A DNA stretch of 64,000 nt from a bacterium (GTDB lineage Bacteria > Eisenbacteria > RBG-16-71-46). A program made the position numbers and the translations under genes. Shown here in pieces: positions 47,071-56,647 of this stretch. The notes beneath the pieces were generated by a model that was not told the origin of the DNA, made no database searches, and saw nothing but the letters and a program-made list of their open reading frames with translations. How positions within the stretch are numbered: position 1 is the first letter of the stretch; each line of letters begins with the position of its first letter. The stretch is from assembly GCA_043779265.1 (NCBI GenBank), contig JAYWEM010000104.1, forward strand, positions 8-64,007. Reading direction: 5' to 3'.

Positions 47071-48255
47071 ATGCTCATCGTTCGCTGCACCGCCAAGCTG
47101 CTTGGCAAGCTCAAGGTCCAACCCGAGCCGGCGTTTTCGCCGCCGGCCACGACGCGCCTGGGCGACTGGTACGCCACGATTCTGCCCATGCGCACCTCGC
47201 ACGTCGTGCTCCTGGTCAGCGAATCCACGCGGCTGCCGGTTGTGCTTCCGGCACGCGAGCTCTCGACGCTTGCCCGGCGGATCCCCGACGCGATCGGCCG
47301 GGTGCTCCGGGAACTCGGCGTCGATTCGGGTGTCATCGGCGAAGAGCTGGAAGCGATGGCCGAGCTCGCTTTCGATCGGACCGCCAGCCGTAGCGTGCTG
47401 GGTACGATGAACGAGTTCGTGCTTCATCTGGGGCCGATGCGCGATGCGGAGCCCACCATGACGGAGCACGCGATGAGCATGAAGCTGGGCAGGGTCCTGG
47501 TGACGATTCCCTCGCATGGCTACCAGCATCCGGCCGAGTTCACGGCGCAGAGCCTTCGGTCCACTACGGCTCGCCCGCGACCGCTTGGCACGACAACTCA
47601 GAAGGAATCATCGATGAAGAGCGCCTCCAGCATCTACGAGCTGAAGATCACCCTCCGTGACTCCCGCCCGCCCATCTGGCGGCGCCTGCGGGTGCGTAGC
47701 GATGTCACCCTGTTCAAACTCCACGGCATCCTTCAGTACGTCATGGGTTGGATGGACGGCCACATGCACCAGTTCGTGGCGAAGGGCACGGTGTATGGCA
47801 GGGTCGATCCCGAGTTTCCGGAGGGCGAGAACGAGAAGAAGGTGTCGCTCGGCCAGGTGCTCCGCAAACCCAAGGACAGCCTCGTCTATGAGTACGACTT
47901 CGGCGACGGGTGGGAGCACACCGTCGTGCTGGAGCAGGTGCTCGAAGCCGCGCCGGGCGGCAAGTACCCCTATGTCGTCGACGGCAAGCGGGCTTGCCCT
48001 CCGGAGGATTGCGGCGGCACGGGGGGCTACAGTCGCCTGCTCCATGTGCTGGCCGACACCAAGCACCCCGAGCACGGTGACATGGTCGAGTGGGTAGGTG
48101 GCTCGTTCGATCCCGCAGCCTTCGACGTGGGCGAGATCAACCGTGGGTTCCACGGCGGCTGGTACCTGCCGCCGGCGGCCGATGCACCGCGCAGCAAGAC
48201 GGCGCTTCCACGCCAGACCACGCTCAAGTTGGGGGCGCCGCGCCGTCGTCGGTGA
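47071..48255 (+). CDS. Plasmid pRiA4b ORF-3-like family protein (PF07929-like C-terminal domain) with an N-terminal domain of unknown function.
   Basis: The C-terminal part reads IYELKITLRDSRPPIWRRLRV...YEYDFGDGWEHTVVLE...CPPEDCGGTGGY. Confidence 0.6.
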   Translation: MLIVRCTAKLLGKLKVQPEPAFSPPATTRLGDWYATILPMRTSHVVLLVSESTRLPVVLPARELSTLARRIPDAIGRVLRELGVDSGVIGEELEAMAELAFDRTASRSVLGTMNEFVLHLGPMRDAEPTMTEHAMSMKLGRVLVTIPSHGYQHPAEFTAQSLRSTTARPRPLGTTTQKESSMKSASSIYELKITLRDSRPPIWRRLRVRSDVTLFKLHGILQYVMGWMDGHMHQFVAKGTVYGRVDPEFPEGENEKKVSLGQVLRKPKDSLVYEYDFGDGWEHTVVLEQVLEAAPGGKYPYVVDGKRACPPEDCGGTGGYSRLLHVLADTKHPEHGDMVEWVGGSFDPAAFDVGEINRGFHGGWYLPPAADAPRSKTALPRQTTLKLGAPRRRR

Positions 48256-48303
48256 CGGTGCCGCGCGGACGGCAGTCCGGTTCGGAAGGCGGCGCTGCGC
48301 GAC

Positions 48304-48714
48304 CTACCGACCGTCGAGGAGTAGGGTCTTCATCCGCTCGATGTAGAGCACATCTTCGGCCGCCGTCACGATGTCCTCCGCAACCGCGCCAGCCGCCCGG
48401 AACTCCTCGAACTGCTCATCGCCCATGATGTGCCCGAGCGCCCCGAGGCGACGGACGCTGGTGAGGTACGCGTGTAGCTCGTACTGCTCGAAGATCGTCT
48501 TGATCTCGGCCACGAAGCTCGGCAACTCGGCCGCCAGGTCGGGGTGGGCGTTCGAGGCCCGGAGGAAGGTGAGCAACTTTTCGCCGAGCAGGTAGCCGAG
48601 CGCTTTCCGTGTACCGTAGCGTTCCTTGATGCTGCGCGCGGCGTCGCACTGTTCGCGCCAGATAGAAGCCTGCGAATCCATGTGATCCTCTTCAGGACGG
48701 GTCAGCGTGTTCAT
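48304..48714 (-). CDS. Hypothetical small protein.
   Basis: The ORF has a possible internal start, MDSQASIW, at 48681 with a GAGGA RBS. It has no recognisable motif. Confidence 0.35.
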   Translation of the reverse strand: MNTLTRPEEDHMDSQASIWREQCDAARSIKERYGTRKALGYLLGEKLLTFLRASNAHPDLAAELPSFVAEIKTIFEQYELHAYLTSVRRLGALGHIMGDEQFEEFRAAGAVAEDIVTAAEDVLYIERMKTLLLDGR

Positions 48715-49313
48715 TCTTGGCGTGCCTGTGCGCCAGTTCATTCAAGTCGGTCGGGTTCGGCGTGCAATCCACATCAAGTCCGGGCAAGCTTCGCGAGAAA
48801 CCGTGGTGTCTTGCAGAGCGCATACGGCCGGATAAACGCTGGCGCAATCTTCTCCCCGGTACTCAAGAGCGCAAGTTCCTGTGGCGCGTGATTCCCGCGG
48901 ATCGACTGCAGACGCTCGAAGCAATATTGCGTCCCTTTGGTGGTGTTGTCGATTCGCGTGAGCACTGCCCAGAACAAGAGTCGCGAACAGTCGGTTGCGT
49001 CAGCGAAGACGATCGGCATGTCGAGTTGTGACTGCCCAGCGTCTTCAAGCAGCCGGCGCCCAGAAACCCACCGCTTGCTCTCGGTCAAAACCCCCACCCC
49101 GCCACATTCCCACCCGCATCGGCCAGGCCCTGACCACCCGGACCCGAGCTCCCCGCCCGCCACTCGCCTCCGCCGCGCCCCGCTATCCGCAAGTGAAATG
49201 GCGACCTGGCACCCGCCACGGCAACCCGGCACGGCCGATGCTCTTGTCACCGGCGTTCGGGCCCGCGCACGCAGGATGCGCCCGCCGTGCACGGACTCAG
49301 GGGGAGGGCCGGT

Positions 49314-49472
49314 ATGTGGATCGTCGGTGTGCTGCTCATGACGATGGGAATGGCCTGCGCGCTGCTCGGCTTCACGCTCTTCGGGCTCACCAACCTGTTC
49401 TTCGTCGGCGCGGTCGCGATCGAGTTGGTACGCGTTCCCGCTGGGCACAGGAAGTCCCCGGCGCACCTCTAG
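49314..49472 (+). CDS. Putative small membrane protein (52 aa).
   Basis: It reads MWIVGVLLMTMGMACALLGFTLFGLTNLFFVGAVAI. A GGGGGAGGG RBS lies upstream. The evidence is weak. Confidence 0.3.
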   Translation: MWIVGVLLMTMGMACALLGFTLFGLTNLFFVGAVAIELVRVPAGHRKSPAHL

Positions 49473-49574
49473 CACCAGCCGCCGTGGCTGATTCGCATGC
49501 CCGTGTCGGCTCCTGCCCGGGAATGACGCTTCCCAGTATGAGGGTCCCATTGCATCCCCAACTGGGAGGTTCCC

Positions 49575-50207
49575 ATGCACCTCTCGCCGATCCTGGCCGG
49601 CCTGCTCGCCGGCTGCTTCGCTTTCTGGTTCTCCGCCTCGGCCCCCGCATTCGCGGCGTGGCCGCACTCACCCGCTTCGGGGGTGAACGTCACCAACTGG
49701 CTCAAGGACCAGCGCAACTCGGTGGTGTGCAGCGATGGCGCAGGGGGCGCATTCGTCGCCTGGTCGGACCAACGGGCGATCGCCGACGACTCCGATGTCT
49801 TCATGCAGCGCCTCGACCAGGCTGGCCGCCCGCAGTGGGCCGCCGGTGGTGTGCAGGTCTGCGCGAAGGCCAATGGGCAGTTCGCGATCGCCGTCGTATC
49901 CGATATGCAGGGCGGCGCGATCATCGTCTGGATGGACCAGCGCAGCTTCGCCACCACCTGCGCCGACCTCTACGCGGGGCGGGTGGACGTGGCGGGGTGT
50001 CGTCGTCACATGATGCTCGGCAGCCTCACCGGAGGGCTGGCCAGCAAGGAGAGTCACCTTCCCCCCAACGCTGGTGCGGGTCACGATGCCAATTACTGCG
50101 AGTGGAGGGTTACGGCACAGCGCCGCGCGAAATCGCCTGGCGTCCGCCTCGCCGGTTGCCGATACTCCGGACTGGCCTGCCCCACCTCCCACGAGGATCC
50201 GTCATGA
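49575..50207 (+). CDS. Secreted protein with short tandem repeats of about 45 aa.
   Basis: It has a signal peptide. The repeats read GGAFVAWSDQR...QRLDQAGRPQW and GGAIIVWMDQRS...YAGRVDVAG. Its stop overlaps the next ATG as ATGA. Confidence 0.5.
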   Translation: MHLSPILAGLLAGCFAFWFSASAPAFAAWPHSPASGVNVTNWLKDQRNSVVCSDGAGGAFVAWSDQRAIADDSDVFMQRLDQAGRPQWAAGGVQVCAKANGQFAIAVVSDMQGGAIIVWMDQRSFATTCADLYAGRVDVAGCRRHMMLGSLTGGLASKESHLPPNAGAGHDANYCEWRVTAQRRAKSPGVRLAGCRYSGLACPTSHEDPS

Positions 50208-50929
50208 GTGATCCTCACGCGGTGCGGATCTGCTGCCCGCCCGTTACCCTGCTGCGCCCGTTGGCCTGGACCGCCGCGTTGCTGCTCGCACTCGGCGTGC
50301 TGTCGCTCGTCACACGGACCCGGCTCGGGCACGACACGATCCTCGGTCTGGTGCCCATGCTCGACCTCGACCGTGAGCAGGTCCTGCCATCGTTCTTCGC
50401 GAGCCTGCTTCTGGTGCTCGCCTCGTTGGCGCTCGCGACGGCGGCCGCGGCGCACGGCACGGCGCGCGCGGCCGGGGCCTGGGGTTGGTCGGTACTCTCG
50501 TTCGGGCTCCTGCTCATGGCGGTGGACGAGAGTCTCGCCATTCACGAGCAGTTCATCGATCCGCTGCGCGGGCTGCTGGGTGCCGGTCCGGGCGGCGTGT
50601 TCCACTTCACGTGGGTGACCTTCGCGATTCCGCTGGTCCTGCTCGTGGGGATCGCACTCTCACGCTGGCTGCGGAACCTCGATCCGCGCACTCGCGGCGG
50701 ATTGCTGCGTGCCGCCGCCGTGTACTTGGCGGGTGCGATTGGCGTGGAGCTGCTGGGTGGCATGTGGGCGTCGCGCCACGGCGTGTCGGGGCTGGGCTAC
50801 GGCCTGCTCGTGGCGCTCGAGGAGGGGCTCGAGTTGGCCGGGACGCTGCTGCTGCTGCACGCGACGCTCGATCACCTCCGCGCACGATTCGGCGCTGTCA
50901 CGATCGACCTCGGACCGACGCGAGGCTGA
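50204..50929 (+). CDS. Polytopic membrane protein, hypothetical.
   Basis: It has 5-6 predicted TM helices. A GAGGA RBS lies upstream. It is translationally coupled to the upstream secreted protein. Confidence 0.55.
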   Translation: MSDPHAVRICCPPVTLLRPLAWTAALLLALGVLSLVTRTRLGHDTILGLVPMLDLDREQVLPSFFASLLLVLASLALATAAAAHGTARAAGAWGWSVLSFGLLLMAVDESLAIHEQFIDPLRGLLGAGPGGVFHFTWVTFAIPLVLLVGIALSRWLRNLDPRTRGGLLRAAAVYLAGAIGVELLGGMWASRHGVSGLGYGLLVALEEGLELAGTLLLLHATLDHLRARFGAVTIDLGPTRG

Positions 50930-51409
50930 GGCGGCCGTTCCCGTGGTGATGGGGGGATGGGCGCCCACGTAGCACCTCCCAGGATCCGTGAAGCAGTCGC
51001 GGTCACGCCCGCGTCATCGCGGCAACGCCCGCCACGCCGAGGGCGCAGGCGACGGACTCGGCCCTCATCCCCCGGTTGTCAGTGGTCATCGGGGTAGCGC
51101 ATGCCTCGCTTCGCCCACTACCTCATACTGGAGACGACTCGGCTCGCCTCGTGCTTCGCGCCCGGACTGCCGGCCGAGGAGCGCTCATCCGAATGCGGCC
51201 ATCGGGCCGATTCAGAGGGCAAAGTGTTCGGCACGGTCACACGAACACGACATCAATGAGCGGAGCAACGCGGACATGCTTCCCCCGAGCTCAGGGGGCC
51301 GGGCCCGCCGCGAAGGGTTCGAGGCGGAGCGGGCCCCGTGCATGGCTTCGGCGAGTCTGGCACAGTGGGATTGACCGCGACACGGGACTCTGGGCTCCGG
51401 CCGACCGCC

Positions 51410-53824
51410 TCAGCTCACATCCAGCCCCAGTCGCTTCACCATCGGCGCATAGCGCGCATCGCCTCGGATGGGGTCGAGGCGCGGGTGAACGCGGAAGAAG
51501 ATCAGCCCCGTCGCCCCTTCATCGATGGCGGTCCCGAACCAGCGGAATGCCTCGTCGGCATCTCCGAGGCTCGCGTGCATTGCGGCGATGCCCCAGGCGG
51601 ACACCACGCGCGCGCCGCGGCCTTCGGTCAGCTCGGACAGGATGCGGCGCGCGGTGGCGGTGTCGCCCGAACTGCACGCGAGGTGGGCGAGCCCGAACGA
51701 GGGTCCGGCGACGGTGCCGGCCAGTCGGCGCCCGGTCTCGTACTCGGCGCGCGCCTCCTCGAACTGGCCGAGGGCTTCGAGCGATCGCGCGAGATCGGTG
51801 TGTGCGCCATCGAATCGGGGATCGAGCGCGATGGCTCGCCGGTAGTAGTCCACCGACTGTTCGTAGCGGCGCGCGTAGTAGTAGGCGTCGCCGACCGCCG
51901 TATGGATGATCATGGACAGCGGGTCCACGCTCAGCGCTTGATGCATTGCGGCCTGTGCCTCGGCGTGACGCTCGATGCAGTAGTACACGCGTCCCAGTCG
52001 CAGCAGCGCACTCGAGAGGGCGGGGTTCAGCTCGATGGCGCGCGTCAGCGTCTTGATCGCGCCGGAGATATCGTGTTCGGAGGCTTGGATGCCTCCGAGC
52101 ACCGCGTGTGCCTCGGCGAGTGAGTCATCCAACGCGAGCGCGGTGCCGACCGCGGAGCGGGCCGCAGCGATCGCCTCGGCGGGTGGCGCCATGCCGCGAT
52201 GGGCGCGCGTGGTGTGGCAGTCGGCCGCTCCCGCCCACGCCTTGGCGAGTCGCGGGTCGAGCTCGATGGCGCGCGTGTAATGCCTCAGCGCTATCTCGAT
52301 GGCATCGGGCGAAGTGGCCTCCTCGATGTGGCGGCCCTTCAGATACTCCAAGTGCGCCTCGGCGTTCACGGCGCGCTTCTCGGCGGGCCGCGCAGCCTCC
52401 TGTGGCCTCAAGTGCAACGCCACCTCGCCGGCCACGGCCTCGGCCACGTTGCTCTGCAGGTCGAGCACATCCACCAGGTCACGGTCGTAGCGATTGCTCC
52501 ACAGCGATTCGTCCTGGCCCGCCGAGACGAGTCGCACGCTGATGCGCACCCGCTGGCCCAAGAGCAGCGCCGAGCCCTCGAGGATCGCGTCCACGTTCAG
52601 CTCGCGCGCGATCTCGGGCAGCGACTTCTGCACGCCCTTGTACTTCATGGCACTGGTGCGCGAGATCACGCGCAGACCCTTGATGCGAGCGAGGTCCGAG
52701 ATCAGCGCCTCGGTCATGCCGTCGGCGAAGTACTCCTGCGCGGGGTCGCGCGACACGTTCTCCAGCGGTAGCACCGCGAGTGAGCGGATGCCCTTGGACG
52801 CAGGGGCCGCGGCGGCGTCGCTGCTGGTCAGTCCGCGTAGCGCCACTCCGAGTTCGGCTGCGCTCTGGAACCGTGCGCGCGGGTCCTTCTCGAGGCAGCG
52901 CTCGACGATGCGTACGAACTCAGGGCCCAGCTCGGGCCTGACACGCGCCAGCGGTTCGGGCGTGTCGCGCAGCACCGCGGAAGCGATGTCGGCCCGGCTC
53001 GCACCATGGAACGGCCTGCGGCCGGTCGCCATCTCGTAGAGCACGATGCCGAACGAGAACAGGTCGCTCCTCGCATCGGCGGGCTCGCCCCGCACCTGCT
53101 CGGGCGACATGTAGGGCATCGTGCCCACCGTGATGCCGGGGCGCGACAGTTCCTGCAGCGTCGGGCTATCGCTGTCGAGCGACGACAAGTCCGCGGCGAC
53201 CGACTTGGCGAGCCCGAAGTCGAGCACCTTGACGCGGCCGTCGGTGGTCACCATGACGTTGCGCGGTTTCAAGTCGCGGTGCACGACGCCTCGCTCATGC
53301 GCGGCGGCGAGCGCGGTGACCATCGGCGTCGCCAGCTCGATCATGCGGGCGAGCGGCAATCCGGCGGGCTGCAGGAGTCGGTCGAGCGTCTGGCCGTCGA
53401 TCAGTTCCATCGTGATGAAGTGCACACCACCCTCGTGCTCGATCGAGTGGATCACCACGATGTTCGGGTGGTTGAGCGCCGCCACCGTTCGCGCCTCGCG
53501 CTCGAATCGCGCCCGCCACTCGGGCTCGGCCGCGACCGCCTCGGGTAGCACCTTGATCGCGACATCTCGCCCGAGCCGCGAGTCGCTCGCCCGATAGACC
53601 TCGCCCATGCCCCCGGCGCCCAGAGCGCCGAGGATCTTGTAGTGCGCCAGCGTTCGGCCGGGCGAGAGGGGCAAGAAGTCTCCGACGAGGTGGACGTGGG
53701 ATCGGTCGGGCGAGAAGGGCACCCGCCAGCGGGCCCGCAGGATAGCAGCGCGCCGGTGGCGGGCCACATCTCGGCGGGCTTGCTGAGCTTGCCCGGGCAC
53801 AGTGCCTTCGGCACACTCGCGCAT
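51410..53824 (-). CDS. Ser/Thr protein kinase with a C-terminal TPR domain.
   Basis: It has GAGGMGEVYRA, VAIKVL, HRDLKPRNVMV and DFGLA motifs, then a TPR region of about 500 aa. A TTG at 53839 is an alternative start. Confidence 0.8.
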   Translation of the reverse strand: MRECAEGTVPGQAQQARRDVARHRRAAILRARWRVPFSPDRSHVHLVGDFLPLSPGRTLAHYKILGALGAGGMGEVYRASDSRLGRDVAIKVLPEAVAAEPEWRARFEREARTVAALNHPNIVVIHSIEHEGGVHFITMELIDGQTLDRLLQPAGLPLARMIELATPMVTALAAAHERGVVHRDLKPRNVMVTTDGRVKVLDFGLAKSVAADLSSLDSDSPTLQELSRPGITVGTMPYMSPEQVRGEPADARSDLFSFGIVLYEMATGRRPFHGASRADIASAVLRDTPEPLARVRPELGPEFVRIVERCLEKDPRARFQSAAELGVALRGLTSSDAAAAPASKGIRSLAVLPLENVSRDPAQEYFADGMTEALISDLARIKGLRVISRTSAMKYKGVQKSLPEIARELNVDAILEGSALLLGQRVRISVRLVSAGQDESLWSNRYDRDLVDVLDLQSNVAEAVAGEVALHLRPQEAARPAEKRAVNAEAHLEYLKGRHIEEATSPDAIEIALRHYTRAIELDPRLAKAWAGAADCHTTRAHRGMAPPAEAIAAARSAVGTALALDDSLAEAHAVLGGIQASEHDISGAIKTLTRAIELNPALSSALLRLGRVYYCIERHAEAQAAMHQALSVDPLSMIIHTAVGDAYYYARRYEQSVDYYRRAIALDPRFDGAHTDLARSLEALGQFEEARAEYETGRRLAGTVAGPSFGLAHLACSSGDTATARRILSELTEGRGARVVSAWGIAAMHASLGDADEAFRWFGTAIDEGATGLIFFRVHPRLDPIRGDARYAPMVKRLGLDVS

Positions 53825-53879
53825 CGATGGCCGGTTCAAGGGCCGCTCGGATCATCGAACATCCACTGCGGAGCCCCGA

Positions 53880-55247
53880 ATGCCCCTTCGAGCCCACGTC
53901 TCATTCGCACGCCGCTCCGTCGCGGCGCTGGCAGCCGCGATCAGCCTCATCGCACTCGCGCCGCGCCCGTCGCAGGCGTTCCAGGTTTTCCGGCACTCGA
54001 GCATGACCGCCGAGGTGCTGGGCCGACAGGGCGTCACCGGCAATACGCTCAAGATGATCCTGCAGGGCGTCCGCTGGCCGGACATCAGTCAGTGTCGCTC
54101 GGGCTGCTACTGCCCCGAGATCGTCTTCTATTGCGACCCTTCCGCGAGCCTCGTCAACTATTTCAGCCCGTTCCACTTCGACAACAACAAGCTGTTCGAG
54201 GGTCGTGAGCACGTCGAGTTCTACATGGGCTGGGCACGCGACAGTCTGGGCGGCCCCAACCCGACGACCGATGCCGGTCGCAAGCGCGTGGGAGAGGCGT
54301 TCGTGCGATTCGGTATCGCACTGCACGCGATCCAGGACTTCTACGCCCACTCGACCTGGGTCGAGAACAACCGTGACTTGGTGCGCATCGGCGGCCGCAT
54401 CGACAGCGCGCCGATCTGGAACGGCGAGGACAACTGGGGCACGGGCTCGACCGTCGTGGGCGGTGTCACGGTGGCGGGTGTGCAGACGGGCTTCGAGCGA
54501 TTGCCGACGCCGCCCGGATCCGTGAGCCACGCAGCACTCAACAAGGATCATGCGAACACCGCGCAGGGGCAGATCACCGTCAACCGCATCTTCCCGGCCA
54601 CTCTGATCGGCACCTACTACGAGATCGCCTCGGGACAGAACGGCCCCTCGGGCGGCTCGTACCGCGACCTCGGCCTGGCGCCGCGACACACGATCCACGC
54701 GTGGCAGTGCCTGCAGGCCGGATGCGCCATCTACCAGCAGCCGCCCATCGCGCCGACGCCGCCGGCACGATCCACTGCCGCCCTCGATGTCGCCTCGCTC
54801 ATGGCGTGGGCCAATGCCGATCCCGGCATGGGTGCGATCGCGAGCTACATGGACAGCGTATGGACGGCGGCGGTGCAGGACAGTCCGCAGGCGTTTCCGG
54901 CCGAGCTGTTCGACCCCAACGGCTGGCCGCTGCCCGCCACCGCGTCGGTCGACGACCTGATCGGGCCCGAGGCGCGCCTGCTCGCGCCCGCGTGGCCCAA
55001 TCCCTCGCGCGGCCACGTGGCGATCCGATTCCGGCTGCCGCACGCGGTTCGCGTGACGCTCGAGATGTTCGACTCGGCGGGCCGCCGCGTGGCGACGTTG
55101 CTCGATCGCGACATGGAGGCGGGCTGGAAGGACGTGGTGTGGGACGGCGCGCACGGCAGCAGCGAGGCCGTTCCGACCGGCAGCTATCTCTGCCGGCTCC
55201 GAGCTGGAGAGCGCACCGAGAGCTGCCGCGTGTCACTGATCCGCTGA
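53880..55247 (+). CDS. Secreted HET-C-like domain protein with a C-terminal FlgD-Ig/T9SS-like domain.
   Basis: It has a signal peptide. The HAIQDFYAHSTWVE motif resembles the Het-C core. The C-terminus is ...GSYLCRLRAGERTESCRVSLIR. Confidence 0.55.
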   Translation: MPLRAHVSFARRSVAALAAAISLIALAPRPSQAFQVFRHSSMTAEVLGRQGVTGNTLKMILQGVRWPDISQCRSGCYCPEIVFYCDPSASLVNYFSPFHFDNNKLFEGREHVEFYMGWARDSLGGPNPTTDAGRKRVGEAFVRFGIALHAIQDFYAHSTWVENNRDLVRIGGRIDSAPIWNGEDNWGTGSTVVGGVTVAGVQTGFERLPTPPGSVSHAALNKDHANTAQGQITVNRIFPATLIGTYYEIASGQNGPSGGSYRDLGLAPRHTIHAWQCLQAGCAIYQQPPIAPTPPARSTAALDVASLMAWANADPGMGAIASYMDSVWTAAVQDSPQAFPAELFDPNGWPLPATASVDDLIGPEARLLAPAWPNPSRGHVAIRFRLPHAVRVTLEMFDSAGRRVATLLDRDMEAGWKDVVWDGAHGSSEAVPTGSYLCRLRAGERTESCRVSLIR

Positions 55248-55256
55248 GGCGATCGG

Positions 55257-56288
55257 CTACCGACTTGTTCCGAATGTCAGCCGCACGCCGTTCGCTCCGT
55301 CGCCACCCACTTCGTCGAACTTGGCGAACACGTAGTGGAATCGCAGCTCGAGATTGAGCGAGAGATCATACGTGCGCAGCGCCATGATACCCGCGACGAG
55401 GTCGAGCGTCGGCGCGGTCTCGGTCTGCTGGTAGGGCTGTTCGTAGGTGTAGGGGGGGCTGCCGGGGTAGGTGTAGGTGACCGTTTGACGCCGCTCGACC
55501 GTCACCGAATGCACGCCGAGCCCTGCGCCCAGGTAGGTGGTGAAGTCCTGCGTGCCGAACAGGCGCGCCGCGCTCACGTCGACCAGCGTCCAGTCGAAGT
55601 TGCCGTCGCCCCAGCTGAACCCCACGATCGTGGACGTCTCGATCTGCACATTGCCCAGCTCATAGCGGTACACGCCATGAAGATTCGTGAGGCGGTCGGC
55701 GCCTCCGAAGCTGTTGCCGGTCGGGAACAGGAATCCAGCGCGGATGCCCGCCCCTCTGCGCGTGGCACGTCGCAGCGGCGTGATCGTCTCGGCCTGCGTC
55801 ACGGACTCGACCGAGGCGCGATCGGAGTTCGGGCGCCCCGAGGCGATGCCCTCGGCGAATCGCCGCATAACGGTGTCGAGGTCCTCCTCGGACGTCGCCG
55901 TGAGCTGGTCTCGGTAGTAGGGCGCTGCCTCATCCACACGCACCACACTGAGCCGCGCGATGATCTTGCCGCCCAGTTGGCTGAACGTTCCGTACACGAC
56001 GCGCGAGGCGCCGCGCTCGCGACCGATCGCCGCGGCGCAGTCGGCCTTGTCGCAGGCCGAATCGCCTTGAGGGAGCGGCGCTTCCGAAGAGTCGCCACCA
56101 ACGATCACGATGCCGAGATCGCCCAGGCTGCCCATCAGGAGCTCGCGGCTCACGTGCGCCGTCGCGTCGCTGACGCCGACGGCGCGGAACGGCAGCACGA
56201 GCGTGCCGCCTGGGCTCTGAGCTTGCGCGGGAATCGAGCCGAGTGTGGCGAGAACGGCGAGTGCGAAAGCGAGTGCATTGCGGATCAT
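55257..56288 (-). CDS. Putative outer-membrane protein: an LpoB/CsgG-like N-terminal domain plus a C-terminal beta-barrel-like region.
   Basis: It has a signal peptide, MIRNALAFALAVLATLGSIPAQA. The C-terminal half has alternating hydrophobic residues. GGAGGAG lies upstream. Confidence 0.45.
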   Translation of the reverse strand: MIRNALAFALAVLATLGSIPAQAQSPGGTLVLPFRAVGVSDATAHVSRELLMGSLGDLGIVIVGGDSSEAPLPQGDSACDKADCAAAIGRERGASRVVYGTFSQLGGKIIARLSVVRVDEAAPYYRDQLTATSEEDLDTVMRRFAEGIASGRPNSDRASVESVTQAETITPLRRATRRGAGIRAGFLFPTGNSFGGADRLTNLHGVYRYELGNVQIETSTIVGFSWGDGNFDWTLVDVSAARLFGTQDFTTYLGAGLGVHSVTVERRQTVTYTYPGSPPYTYEQPYQQTETAPTLDLVAGIMALRTYDLSLNLELRFHYVFAKFDEVGGDGANGVRLTFGTSR

Positions 56289-56647
56289 CTGCTCCTCCTG
56301 CGGATCCCACCCGGAGCGGAATGGGCTTCCGATGACCGGGGAGACTAGCACTTCGTGGCCCGTGTCCAAGCTCCCCGGGCCGGCCGCAGTTGATGCCGGG
56401 CTGGCCCGGAACGCTCGATTCCGCTTCTTTGAGTGTCCCGAGGCGTTCAGTGCAGCTCGGCTCATGGGATTGCCACCTCAAGCTCGGAGCCCGGTCCGCA
56501 TACGATTGCAGGCACTTGCGCCTGCAGAGGTCCAAGTTGGCAGGGTGCCGCGAGTCGGCCGACTCCTCGCATCGCCTCAGGGGGAAGACGCCAGTTCCGC
56601 CAAGGTTCACTGCTCGAAGCCCGCTATACGCACATCCGAGGGGACCC

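Noticed and set aside
48995-50929. A 644-aa ORF spanning the non-coding gap and the membrane-protein gene.
   Set aside because: Only the last 241 aa, from the ATG at 50204 with an RBS and coupled to the upstream stop, look like a real hydrophobic membrane protein. The N-terminal 400 aa are low-complexity and overlap another frame's gene.
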